A stretch of 64,000 nt of DNA from Eukaryota sp. TZLM1-RC. Lineage: Eukaryota > Protista > Metamonada: BaSk clade. The stretch's first letter is position 1. The number at the start of each line of letters is the position of its first letter. Positions 23,742-35,081 of the stretch are shown here, piece after piece. The notes below the pieces were generated by a model, which was given only the letters and a program-made list of their open reading frames with translations, was not told where the DNA came from and did no database searches. Location: assembly GCA_040285825.1 (NCBI GenBank), contig JAUPSS010000002.1, positions 744,001-808,000 of the forward strand. Direction: 5' to 3'. A program made the translations under genes and the position numbers.

Positions 23742-24809
23742 TATCTTATTTCTTTGCAACAGGAAATTGAAACTCTTTCACCCAATATTTGGGCTAAATG
23801 TTTCCCCTCTGATATTGTGGAACTTCCTTCAAGAAGCTTGCTCTCCTTACCACTGACTTTTGCAAAATTGCACAAAAAAAATCTTGAAAGTTTTAGAAAA
23901 CTTGGATTATATTGTACGTCTTAGTTTGGCTAAGGAAAAAAAACCCGTTTTTGCAAACTTTTTGATTGATCTTGAAGACAGTTGCTCAAGTTGCCTAATC
24001 TCCCAAATTCCCAACATTTATGGCCTTCTACTTAATGATCACCAATGGACCACTGCAATGAGAATGAGATGTTTTCTATGGCCTTGTTCATTACCAAATG
24101 ATTTAATTTGTCGCTGCAAGAGTGTTGTTACGCTTTCCCATATTTTAAACTGTAAGTATTTTATAACTTATCGCTCAATTGTTCATGACTCAGTTCGTGA
24201 TCAAGTATATGCCATGTGCAAAAGTTTCAATATAGAGGCATTTATTGAGCCACTTGTACGTAAGCTGTCTTCAGATCAAACTGATGATTCCTTTGGTAAA
24301 AGAAGGGCAGATTTAGTAGCTCCAGGGATCGATGGTGTTCTCAATGTTGTAGATGTTGTCTCAGTTGATGTTTGCAAAAATTCTGCTGCTCGTTTAGTGT
24401 ATTCCGCTGATTTGCCGTTATCTAACGCCGAAAAAAAGAAGACAAAAAAATATGAAGAACCTTTGGCACAGTTAGGTAGAGTGGAACATGTGAAAAATCA
24501 GTTTGTACCGTTTGCAATTTCTCTTTTTGGCAATATTGGACCTTCAGGGTTGCACTTTTTGGAAAATTTTAAAAAAGTGTTACTGATTAGGTCTGGTAAA
24601 ACAATGAACTCCACTTTCTGGTTAAATAGAATTGTTTTTTGCATTTTCAAGTCTATTCCTACAATGATTTCCAAGGCACTTTTAGTTGTCGGTGTAGAAT
24701 ATGAACGTAATGCTGTGAGTAGGTTCAGTAATAGTGACGCTTGTTTGGAGGATATTGAATTCTAGATGGTTATTTTATCTCAATAAATATTTTCAGTTTT
24801 AAAAAAAAA
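23742..24809 (+). mobile_element. CRE-like non-LTR copy B, 5'-truncated, with an intact CCHC-RLE frame and an A-tail
   Basis: ORF 23860-24765 (C.C..H..C..R..HD.V..EP..RAD..VDV..K..KY). Flanked by AATAATTCT at 23733-23741 and 24808-24816. Confidence 0.9.
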
Positions 24810-25299
24810 TAATTCTATTTAGATTTTTTAACTTTAGCAAGCTCAGTGCTAAGGTTTTGAGTGGTTTGAGTGGTTCAAAGTAATTGAACCCACTGGTGAC
24901 AGTTTAAAGGCTATTGGAAAGGGTTCTGGAGGTGCTGGTAAACCTATGAGTCCAGATGGCCCAGTTGTATGGAAACTTAAATTTTACAAAACAATGGCAG
25001 TCATCTTTGACTGTCCAGCTCCAAAGGATATGCTGCTGCCGTTCTTAAAGATTGCGCGGTTTCAGAACAGCTACTTGGTTGGTATGAGCAAAATCATGCT
25101 CACATAACTGATTTATTTAACCAACAAGTAGGTGACCCTGATAGGTTCCAAGCCCTCCTAGAAGAAGTTGACATCCAACTGAACGTTGAATCGATGACTT
25201 ATATCTTCTCTGCCGGCCTCCGTATTTTGTACTTCCTGGAGAACATGGGCGGTGAAACAATGAAGAGACACGCTCTCGCTCCAACCGCAAGCTACTCAC

Positions 25300-26371
25300 C
25301 AGGTTTTATTTTTTTCAGTCAACAACTTGAATAACATTTCTTGCGTTTAAATCCAAACCGACAACTACTCAGAAACTCATTCAAGCTCTTCAACAAAAAA
25401 ACTTTGCCACGTATACCCTTGCATCAGATAGTTTATCTCTCAGGGTAACATTCTCAACCGCTCCCAACAGAACCAAGAATCGCCGCTCAGCCAGAAAATT
25501 TGAAAATGCCAGAGCCAGTGGACAATACGATATGCCTGCTAAGAGTCGAAAGCGAAACTCTTGACTTCAACAACAGGTCCGTCGAAGGACTGACGACGCC
25601 TAGGATCCTCCTCCAGTTGATCCAATTGAATAATCATTTTGTGCAATTGATCCTAACCACAAAAATTTGTGTGGGTATTTAATTGTATCAAGAATGGATG
25701 ATAACAATGTTGATCATCAACTTTCGGGCCTTGTTCTGAATCCAAAGGCAAGGAAGATCATTCACCCACCGGTCCTGACCCATGCATCACCAAATTGCTA
25801 TTTTGCTAAGAATTAACACAAATATCTTAATGAAATAGCAATGCCTTTGATGTGGGTACCGACACAGGGAGAAATCAGCAATCCCGACTTCCGTCCGAGA
25901 ACTATACTAGACCAACTGCTGATAAATGGAGATCGCCGAGCCCTGTGTCGCAACAAGTTTGATTTCTTTATAAGAAGGCAAAAAAGAATAATGGGATTTA
26001 TTGGACAAATTAAACTAATGGCTAATGGAAGAGAAACCATAATTTGGTTTGGCAGTGGAGGTGATGGGCCATCAAGACAAGTAGTGAAAACCCCAACGAA
26101 GCGCTTTTTGAAGGAGATTCAGAAACATTTTACATATGTGAAGCCTAATGGAGATGAATTCTACACATCTGCCAAAACGAATTGCTGTAAGGTATTCAAT
26201 CAAAAGGTGTATCACGATGATGGGAGAGTGAACAATGATAAGTTTATATGCCCTCAATGTCAGACACTGTGGTAGAGGGACATCTCAGCTTCCAGAAACC
26301 AACTGGAGTTTGCCATAAGTGAGCACTACTACAATGAAAGACCTGAGGCGTTCCGGAGACCCCATAGATAA
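25300..26371 (+). pseudogene. Fanzor (TnpB-like) lineage A, copy A1, decayed
   Basis: IIWFGSGG, RuvC-II DEFYTS, NCC..CPQC, W*RDISASRN (RuvC-III, after a premature stop), C-terminal RPEAFRRP. 5' boundary approximate. Confidence 0.85.
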
Positions 26372-26535
26372 GTGTTTTTCCAAGTATTGCGTACCTGTAC
26401 GCGTATTGTGATGTTGCTGCTTTAACTATCATTTGATCGTGATATCATATAGTGATAGATCTAAAGTATGCTTAACGTCTATCAAGATTGCATGAATTGG
26501 TCAAAAGCCAAAAGTGCCTTTTGATAGAAATTCAC
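26372..26535 (+). ncRNA. Predicted Fanzor-A omegaRNA scaffold / right end
   Basis: Non-coding 164 nt nearly identical to 31894-32057 (-); identity stops just after GAAATTCAC. Long G-U-containing hairpin at 26410-26479. Confidence 0.7.
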
Positions 26536-27155
26536 CGTAGAAGGAAGAATTGAATTTAAATCCAATAATTGACATGCGCAAAATTAAATTAGCAGTTGAT
26601 ACGACATGTGGTGAATATAAAAAACAGATGCCAATGGCACGTAGTGACAGTTCGGGTCACAAAAAATAAGTCTAATTGGTAAGCAAGGGATTGGCAATTA
26701 GTTAACAATTTGTTGTTTTTCCAAGCCCAAACAATAATATACATTGCCACAAATTCACCATTGAACAAAACTTTCCTGTAATGAAGAATTTGAACCCCTT
26801 TCGTCAATTCAGGCACAAATGCCACAAGTTATTACCAATAGCCAGCTACAAGGCAATTAGAATCAAAAACTTATTTTTATTGAACCTAATTTGAACCTCA
26901 TTTAGGTTTGTTTCCATATAGACAATTTAAAATATTTATGTCCACACAAGAGATAGAGTTATGCTAGTTTGTTAAAAAAAATTATTGATAAAACAAATAA
27001 AAACATAATTGAGGGAAAGTTGACATCTCAGTTACCCCCAAAAAGACTGGTCTTAATACAGAAGAAATAATTCAAAAAGTTACTGCATGTAAAAATAAAT
27101 TCAGTAGAATTTAGTATATAGTCGATATAAAGAATCGACAGATAAAGAAAAGTGT

Positions 27156-27683
27156 TCACTGGTCGAGAGCTTCCCCTTCGTGTTCTTGGTTTAACGGTTT
27201 CTTGGCTTGTGACAGGAACATTTGCCTTATAGTGGTTTCACTGGGTACAATGTATTTATTCTCAGAGACAATCGTGCAAAAATACTTAAATTCGGGGTTA
27301 TCCACAATGTGGAGAGGGAGCGCACAGGAAGTCAGCATGTTGACTAGAGCAAAGTCACAATTATCATTGTAACTGTTTGTTTTGGGCAGACCATCATCAA
27401 TACGTGGCTGCTTGACTGGGGGTGCATCAGATGATGGAGGGGTGTGTAACAGACTAAGTAAGCATGACTTGCGCACCTCATTGAGGATAATATGGTCTGC
27501 AAGATGGAGGTTTTGGCATAATGCAACACCTCTATTGCGGAGCTCTGGACAAAAGTGTCCTACAAAGCGATAGCTCTTTCCAGTCATGGACTTGTCACAC
27601 AGACGACAGATTACATTGTCCTTTCTCCCACTACGAGGATTAGTGGGATGTGGTATCAAAAGCTTGTAACATGGATGGGACAT
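27156..27683 (-). mobile_element. hAT transposase N-terminal fragment (zf-BED)
   Basis: VICRLCDK..RF..HF and LPLHIVDNPEF..Y.VPS..TIR. Confidence 0.75.
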
Positions 27684-27724
27684 AATTAACTGTCTTTCGA
27701 AATTTGATATAGAATTCTTTTTTT

Positions 27725-28312
27725 CTTAAAATTTAATCGTAATGTGCACTGACAGACATCAAAGCTTTCGAAATCATTTTAGGAATTGTTTTGAAAATAG
27801 TAAAACCAATACGATTTAACCACCAACCACGATCAAAACACTTAATCATTCTTCTTTTTACAAGGTTCTCAAAATCATCAATAAAATTCACTGCAGCTTT
27901 TCCAAGACATCCATACGAAGATATAGCAAATCGACAAATTCGGTTATACACACGGCGAACATGTTTCAATTCTTTCAAACGATTTGCATTTTTCTTCCGT
28001 TTTTGTTATTCTGAACCATCAAGAGGGTATACTTCAGATTGCATTTTTCTTGCAAACATCCACTGTGACAACATCAACAACATTAAAGACATCAACAAAT
28101 GAGGGCACAGCAACATCAGCTCGTCCTTTTCCATATTTTGAATCTCTAACGTTTTCATTTATAACAGAAGACCTCAACAACGGTTCCACAAATGATTCAA
28201 TTTGATAGGAATTACACAATGTATGGATTTGACCTCTGACAGTATCATGCAAAGAAAAACGATAAGAAATATATTTGTTGCAATTGAATAAATGTGAAAA
28301 TGTCACATTTAA
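27725..28312 (-). mobile_element. CRE-like RLE fragment, frameshifted
   Basis: SHLFNC..HDTVR..EPLL..RADV..VDVVTVD..WLNRI. Confidence 0.8.
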
Positions 28313-28389
28313 ATGTCACATTTTTGAAGGATTTGCCGGTTGGGAAGATTTATTAATGACAACGCAAAGTTTAACTGTTTTTGCATTAA

Positions 28390-29000
28390 ATGAAGAAATT
28401 TCAAAAATTGAGGTCGAAACATGGAGTCGATGCTTTCCACATCAATGGTAATATTCCGGAAAAGAATTTTTTAAATTTAGAATACATTCTTCGAACAGTA
28501 CAGAAACGATTGAATGGAATGTGTGAAAATGATCTTTATAATAATATATGTAGCTCCGCTGTTTTAAATCAAGATCTTCACTCATTGTTATTGGAGAAGG
28601 GTGTTTGTGAAAACCAGTCATCAGATTCTTGAATGTTTTTAACCATTGTACCACGAAGATTTGGACTGTGTGCTACTAATGATGCGTTTGTAGCAAAAAT
28701 GAGTTTATATTTGAATATCCCCATTAATCAATTTTTATCAAAAGAAAAATGTATTTGTTCGAATTCACAACAGCTCACTTTGCGTCATGCCATGAATTGT
28801 TCGAAATAGATAACTTATCGTTCTTCATTACATGATGCTGTTAGAGACACTGTTTTCAATAATGGCATGAATTGCAAGAATTTCGTGTATCAGAGAGCCT
28901 TTGCTGAAAGAAACACTGGCATTGAATAATTTTGGCTCTGATGATAGAGATAATATATACTGTGATTGGATTGAAAATTCTGAGGCTTTTGTTTATTTTG
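28390..29000 (+). mobile_element. Decayed CRE-like fragment (thumb / CCHC)
   Basis: VPRRFGL..CIC..H.MNC..YRSSLHDAVRD across broken frames. Confidence 0.65.
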
Positions 29001-29199
29001 TCTCATGTAATGTTGCAAATGACACTTTGGTTCAAAGCAGAATACTTAATCCTGTAAGTGCTCTTTAATTTCAAGCTAAAGAAAAGCATAGAAAATATCA
29101 CAAAGATATCAAAGAAGGTAATGCTGATATTTCTATGCAAATGGCTTTTAAACATGCGTTTTCGTTGTTTTCTATGGGCAAACAAATGGTCCAACTTGT

Positions 29200-29900
29200 A
29201 AATGTGGTAAACCTCTTTTGTTTACTCATCTTTTGAACTGTCAGCATTTCATTACACTTAGAAGTAAAGTGCATAATAATGTCAGGGACCAAATTTATGT
29301 AAAGTGTAAATCATTTCGAGTAGATTCCTTTTTAGAGCCGTTGTTATCAAAATTAATTCTTGATGACCCCAATATTGACAGTATGGGCTACAACAGAGCT
29401 TCTATGGGTCTGACAAGAGGTGATTTCGTTGTTTCTAGCTTAAATGGTCGTTTTACTATTTTAGACGCAATGACCATTGACCCTTGTAATTCTTCTAACG
29501 AACATTTCATCAACTCAGATGTAAATAATCCTCTTCTTGCAGGCGAAAAATATAAAATTGCTAAATATGCGAAACCCATTTCCTCGGTTAATGAAAATTC
29601 TCATGCCCAATATAATTCATGTGTCTTTGTTTTTTTCTTGCTCGAATATTTAGGTAAGGCTGCTATGGCTTTCCTCGAGGATTTTAATGCAGTTGTAAAG
29701 GAAAAAACTGGAAGAATTTTCAATCGTGTTTACTGGCAAAACAGTAATTGTATTATCTATTTTTAAGGGAATGGTGAAATTAATTTCTGATTCAGTCTCT
29801 TCTTTTGGGAAATTATCTGAATCTTTAATGTGGGGGAGGCAGATTTTGAGGACGTTGAGCTTTAGTTGTGTAATTGTAGTTTTTTATTCCCTATTCGATA
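29200..29900 (+). mobile_element. CRE-like RLE 3' fragment
   Basis: HLLNC..HNNVRDQ..EPLL..RGD..ILD..EKYKIAKY..YWQN. Confidence 0.8.
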
Positions 29901-30018
29901 AATAAATAATATAATTTAACTTTGCAAAATCAATTTTTGAGTATAGAAATTTAATTAATCATATTAATAGTCTTGCTGACTGATCAAGTCATAGTTAGTA
30001 TACGTCACATCTGCTTCA

Positions 30019-30480
30019 ATGAACCACGACCTATATCAAGACTTTCCTATTGAATCACTTCAACCTGTATCCCGTTCTGAAACAGTTCATGTAATCAGAG
30101 GTCGTCCTGGAAGTATGATGGTTGGTAAAGGAAGCTCTGGATCTGTTCTACTTGGCTCTGCCAATCTCTTGGCAATCAATCCTCATTTCAGCATAGCCAT
30201 ACGTAACCTACCATGGCATTTCAATGACCGTTCTCTTTTCAACTTATTTGCTCAGTTCCCAGAGTTTGAACCTGTAATGCTGCGAATCAATGATAAAGGC
30301 TTTGCTGTTGTTGTGTTTAAAGATCCTCAAGCTTGTCACTGTCTATTCAACAAGCAAGAAGATCCCAATTGTACAGCTATTCTATCTCAATTGGAGGAAA
30401 AGGGGGCTACAATTGAGTCAATTGAAGAAGACCAAGAACGTCTAACACAGTTTCTTTCTTCGTTTATCAATGATTTGTAA
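30019..30480 (+). CDS. Small RRM-like protein
   Basis: RNP2-like IAIRNLP and RNP1-like KGFAVVVF. Confidence 0.65.
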   Translation: MNHDLYQDFPIESLQPVSRSETVHVIRGRPGSMMVGKGSSGSVLLGSANLLAINPHFSIAIRNLPWHFNDRSLFNLFAQFPEFEPVMLRINDKGFAVVVFKDPQACHCLFNKQEDPNCTAILSQLEEKGATIESIEEDQERLTQFLSSFINDL

Positions 30481-30762
30481 GAATAATCAAGGACTTAATT
30501 ATTTTGGTTTTCATCACAATTTGACTTGTCTTGTTCTATCATCATGATATCGTGGTTTGAGCGGTTGATTGTCATTTGACTGATCATTGAAGGTGTTGAG
30601 TATTTTCGATTTTATATTAATGAATTATTATCTGAAATCAAGTAATACAAGAAATACAACCAATTCAAAAGAAAAAATATAAAATATAAAAAGAATAACA
30701 GTTTTTGTTCAAATAAACAATTCCAATTCACTTAATAATATAAAATTTAATCAAACAGAGCT

Positions 30763-31884
30763 TCAAATCCCAATACCCAAGGCCATTAACAATGACCTTG
30801 CCTTGGATTCGCCCAGTCTACCACCAGAACCCAGAACCAATTGAGAGATGACTTGAATCGGATCAGTGTCTGTTGCAATTGAATCAGAAACAAAAGCAAT
30901 GAGTGAAAATGGACTGGGAAATCTTTTGGCTATAACATCAATTGTTTCAGGACCAAAACCCTTGACACACCTCAACATTTGTTTCCAGGTAGTCGATGTG
31001 GACTTTCTCTCAGAGTCAAACTGACTATTCAAGACTGATTTCTGATCAGAGTGAGCTACTATTTCAGATAAGGAGGCCAACTCATTTCCATCCCAAAATA
31101 CACGCTCATTTAAATCATCAATTACCAGCAAAGACTCTTGGAATTTCTTTATCAATTCAGTAAAATAGACTAAAAAATTACAAAATTCTTCTTCATTCTT
31201 AACCACCTGCACTAACAACCCTTCCTCCAAATCAGACCTCAAGGAAGCCGTCCTTATGCTCTTATACTCTTGAGAGTCACCACCAACTTTGCCTACCACA
31301 ATTAGTATTAGAGTGGGGAAAAACTTGCTAAAATGCTTCATTCGATCACGTTGTTCATTTAGTCGTCTATCTAAAATTGACTTTCTTAAATCTGATACTG
31401 ACTTGCGTTCTATCAAAAAAGGCAAAGCAAAGTCTCCAAAACATGTCCTAATTGCCCAGGAAAAATCCCCCACTGATAAATGTAGAGCATAGAAATGAAT
31501 ATTATGAAGACTTAGAGCTACAAGGTTTTGTTTCTTTACCATTTCTTCCCGATGATCAACCAGTACTGAGATTTCATTGATTTCAGCCCTATTGATGGTA
31601 GATAAGAGTTGCTTAGTGGTGAGATTGGAAGCTTTGGGTTTGTTTGTCAGAGCTTGGCGTCCTGCATCGGTTATGGAATACAAATTGTGTTCATAGGTGA
31701 TTAAAGCTTTGGGGATAAGCGATTTAGATAGATGAGATAAGGTAGAATACTTCATGGATGGAAGATATCTAGTAGCATGTGTGAAAAGATCAGATTTTCC
31801 TAGAGGAGTTGTGGTTTCGGCAAGTGCTTTGAGAAGTGCCCAAGGAGCCGTTTTCGGACGTGCAGTATAAGGTTTTGGAGTCAT
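30763..31884 (-). CDS. MUS81: Crossover junction endonuclease MUS81 (winged helix, ERCC4, HhH)
   Basis: PY.AR.KTAPWALL, VDHRE, LSVGDF.W, IERKS.SDL.KSI.D.R..EQ, QML.CVKG. True start MTPK at 31884; the track's extra 19 codons are mostly Fanzor tail. Confidence 0.88.
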   Translation of the reverse strand: MTPKPYTARPKTAPWALLKALAETTTPLGKSDLFTHATRYLPSMKYSTLSHLSKSLIPKALITYEHNLYSITDAGRQALTNKPKASNLTTKQLLSTINRAEINEISVLVDHREEMVKKQNLVALSLHNIHFYALHLSVGDFSWAIRTCFGDFALPFLIERKSVSDLRKSILDRRLNEQRDRMKHFSKFFPTLILIVVGKVGGDSQEYKSIRTASLRSDLEEGLLVQVVKNEEEFCNFLVYFTELIKKFQESLLVIDDLNERVFWDGNELASLSEIVAHSDQKSVLNSQFDSERKSTSTTWKQMLRCVKGFGPETIDVIAKRFPSPFSLIAFVSDSIATDTDPIQVISQLVLGSGGRLGESKARSLLMALGIGI

Positions 31885-31893
31885 CAATAAACT

Positions 31894-32525
31894 GTGAATT
31901 TCTATGAAAACGCACTTTTGGCTTTTGACCAATTCATGCAATCTTGATAGACGTTAAGCTTACTTTAGTTCTATCACTATATGATATCATGATCAAATGA
32001 TAGTTAAAGCAGCAACATCACAATACGCGTACAGGTACGCAATACATGGAAAAACACTTATCTATGGGGTCTCCGGAACGCCTCAGGTCTTTCATTGTAG
32101 TAGTGCTCACTTATGGCAATCTCCAGTTGGTTTCTGGAAGCTGAGATGTCCCTCGACCAGAGTGTCTGACATTGAGGGCATACAAACTTATCATTGTTCA
32201 CTCTCCCATCATCGTGATACAACTTTTGATTGAATACCTTACAGCAGTTCGTTTTGGCAGATGTGTAGAATTCATCTCCATTAGGCTTCACATATGTAAA
32301 ATGTTTCTGAATCTCCTTCAAAAAGCGCTTCCTTGGGGTTTTCACAGTTTGTCTTGATGGCCCATCACCTCCACTGCCAGACCAAATTATGGTTTCTCTT
32401 CCATTAGCCATTAGTTTAATTTGTTCAATAAATCCCATTATTCTTTTTTGCCTTCTTATAAAGAAATCAAACTTGTTGCGACACAGGGCTCGGCGATCTC
32501 CATTTATCAGCAGTTGGTCTAGTAT
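31894..32525 (-). mobile_element. Fanzor lineage A copy A2 (5'-truncated RuvC C-terminus plus omegaRNA tail)
   Basis: Near-identical to 25904-26535; ORF 32058-32438 with DEFYTS, CPQC, WSRDISASRN. Confidence 0.9.
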
Positions 32526-32843
32526 TGGTATCTCGATTCCAGAACGTTTTGCATTGATTACACTGCCTCGAACCCCATGAAACTGCTTTTCCGACTTTTG
32601 CAGTATTACGAAATTGTCTTGTTTATTAAGATTAGGTTTGTGACCTTGTTTTCCACTACAAAATGAGTGGTAAATTTATTCAATTAAATTTATTTGAATA
32701 AAGGTGTTTTGTCTCAACACAAACATTATGTACGAAGGAGGGTTCTCCTCATCCTCCGATACAAACAGACATGACTCTCATTCTACGAAATCCCATCACA
32801 GTCCAGAAATTCATACTATATTCCGACCTAATCCGACCTAATT

Positions 32844-33190
32844 CTCTGCTCATCAACCTATGCCGCTCTCCTTTCATTAACTATTGACGGTGTCTATTTT
32901 CGCTGATCTTGGAGTCATCAATAGAATACTAATGATCCTTTTCTTTTCCTTTTCCTACCTAATCCCTGCCTGATTCCTAAATTCTTTTTTGTGTTTCTGA
33001 CTTAATCAGATGTCTCAATCAGATGCAGTTCTCATTCCTTTAACTATTGATAGTATTTACTTTTGCTGACATTTTTCAATTTGTACCACTTTGTGTCACA
33101 CTTAACTATATCTCGCTAGCTGAAACACTTCTTCTACGAAAATTAGTCAACGATTCGGCCTACTTTGATCAAATGGTCTCATCGGACTTG
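32844..33190. repeat. Unclassified dispersed repeat X with internal tandem units; second copy at ~39920-40290
   Basis: ctctgctcatcaacct..gccgctctcctt..cattaactattgac and gctagctgaaacacttct are shared with 40116-40265. Confidence 0.7.
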
Positions 33191-33849
33191 TTAAAAGACT
33201 TGTTAAAAGAATTTTGCAAAATGTGGTATTTCCAAATTTGATATTCTTTAAGGGAATTTCAATAGGGTAAGAACAGAAAAACCAAGACCACCCTTACATT
33301 TAGGTCAATACAAATGATCCACATTGGCAAATGGAAATACTAAGGGCATTACACGCATCTGCTGGGTATTTTTCGGATATTGGGTATTATTACAATAACA
33401 TAATAACAACAAGGACTGCTGATGCGACTCCATCACTATTGTTAATTCCTTATCGGGAAGCTAACAAAGTTGTCTTTGCTCATTCTTTGAATCCATTTAA
33501 ACAATAGAAAATAAACCATTGATTTATTTAATACACAGTTAATTCTTTAAAATTAATAAGACAAAAAAACTAACTCAATAATAACGCCGTTTCTGTAAGC
33601 CTCCACTTAGAAGCTGGAGCTCTGGTACAAAGGTAAACGTCCAAACAAAAGTAGGACCCCTAATGGATGTTGAATAGACAAGACACTCGAAAAATTTCTT
33701 GGTCTTGGGTTCGTTTATCCATGGTCGTGGCCTTTAAATAAAACACAGCAGCTTCATCCAAAAGTACCTGGAGTTCTTATTCAGCGAGACAACCAGCTTG
33801 AACATTTCATCTTGCTCCTTCTAATGAAAGTCCATGAATATAGACCAAA

Positions 33850-34657
33850 CAATATTTGAACCATTGGAATATGGTCAGGAGGAAAGTGTACTTGGAAAGT
33901 AATTGCTAGATATCGAAAATAATTAAATTTGATAACCGTCGAAAAGACAGACGATTCCGAGTGAGCTTCAACAAATTTCAAAGGGTGGCTGGACATCCTG
34001 AAGAACTCTATTTTGCTGTGGGTTCGGCTAATTTCCCATCTCATTGCCAAAAAATCAATCGATATGGATCAGCAAGGTCTTTCAGACAATGGTTGTGTTA
34101 TCAAAAGGATGTGGAGCACTTGTCAACCAGTGAATTTAATACAAGCAAACTGTCCAGTTGTTGCATGGCCGAGAACATTCAAACAGTTTCATGGCAGATG
34201 CCTATTTGTACTGAGTGTCAAATAGTATAAGACAGAGATATTTCCGCTGCAAAAAACATTCAAATTAAGAAGAGAGCGGAATTGTTACCGGAAAGATACA
34301 TTTGCCCAGAAGCTCTGTTGAGGAGATGAATGAAAAACCTGAGCATACAGAAACAAAAACTTTGGAAAAACTGTTATTTTATTTTGAGTGTTATTTTACT
34401 TTTAATTTTTTTGAAAAACTTTTGAGACCGATCTACAAATGTCTTAGTAGCATTTCGTAGATCCACTTAGATACATCAAGTCGTGCGGCTTTGTTCTGTG
34501 AAAGCAGTAGGTGTATTTAAGTGAAATAGCCCGTTGATGAAGATCATGATTGTTTTTGTCAAATGACGCTACATATCTCTTGCAGCCTGTGAGTAGACAT
34601 TGAGAAAGTTGAAAACAGGAGTGAATTTCACAGGGGAATACTTGATAAGTGAAATTC
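33850..34657 (+). mobile_element. Fanzor lineage B copy B2 (5'-truncated, premature stop, omegaRNA tail)
   Basis: Highly similar to 59836-60586; SEFNTSK..CC, CTEC, then RDISAAKNI after a TAA. Confidence 0.9.
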
Positions 34658-34690
34658 GTCAAGGAAGGATCCTCTATATTCTTTGTGAAA

Positions 34691-34948
34691 ATGTCCAATC
34701 CAGCAGACAGATTTCATGGTACAGGACAATGGGAGCACCTACAGTCAAAACAGGTAGATTCTCACGGAGTTCATACCACTCGGCATGACTTTGCTGTTCA
34801 AATTCATAGAGATTGCCATGCAGCTTTTGTGGGCAACAAGTCTGTTTTACATTACCTTTCAATGGTTGAGGGGGAACATCCTCGCAAAATGTTTCTTTCT
34901 CGGATAGAATCCATGCTAGAGCCATGTGGTCCTAAACCCAAAGACTAG
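34691..34948 (+). CDS. SF3B5: Splicing factor 3B subunit 5 (SF3b10)
   Basis: 85 aa: DRF....QWEHLQSK...TT......IHRD..A.F.G....L.Y....E.E......MLEPCGP. Confidence 0.88.
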   Translation: MSNPADRFHGTGQWEHLQSKQVDSHGVHTTRHDFAVQIHRDCHAAFVGNKSVLHYLSMVEGEHPRKMFLSRIESMLEPCGPKPKD

Positions 34949-35081
34949 TGTGTTGCTGCCCTTACCCAACTCCACCCTTTGCTTTGTATTTGTTTTGTGG
35001 TACTTCATCCATTTGATCTAGTTCAATTTGTAATTTATATGTGTATGAAAATGTGTTGAAAACATTAAATTAATAAATTTA

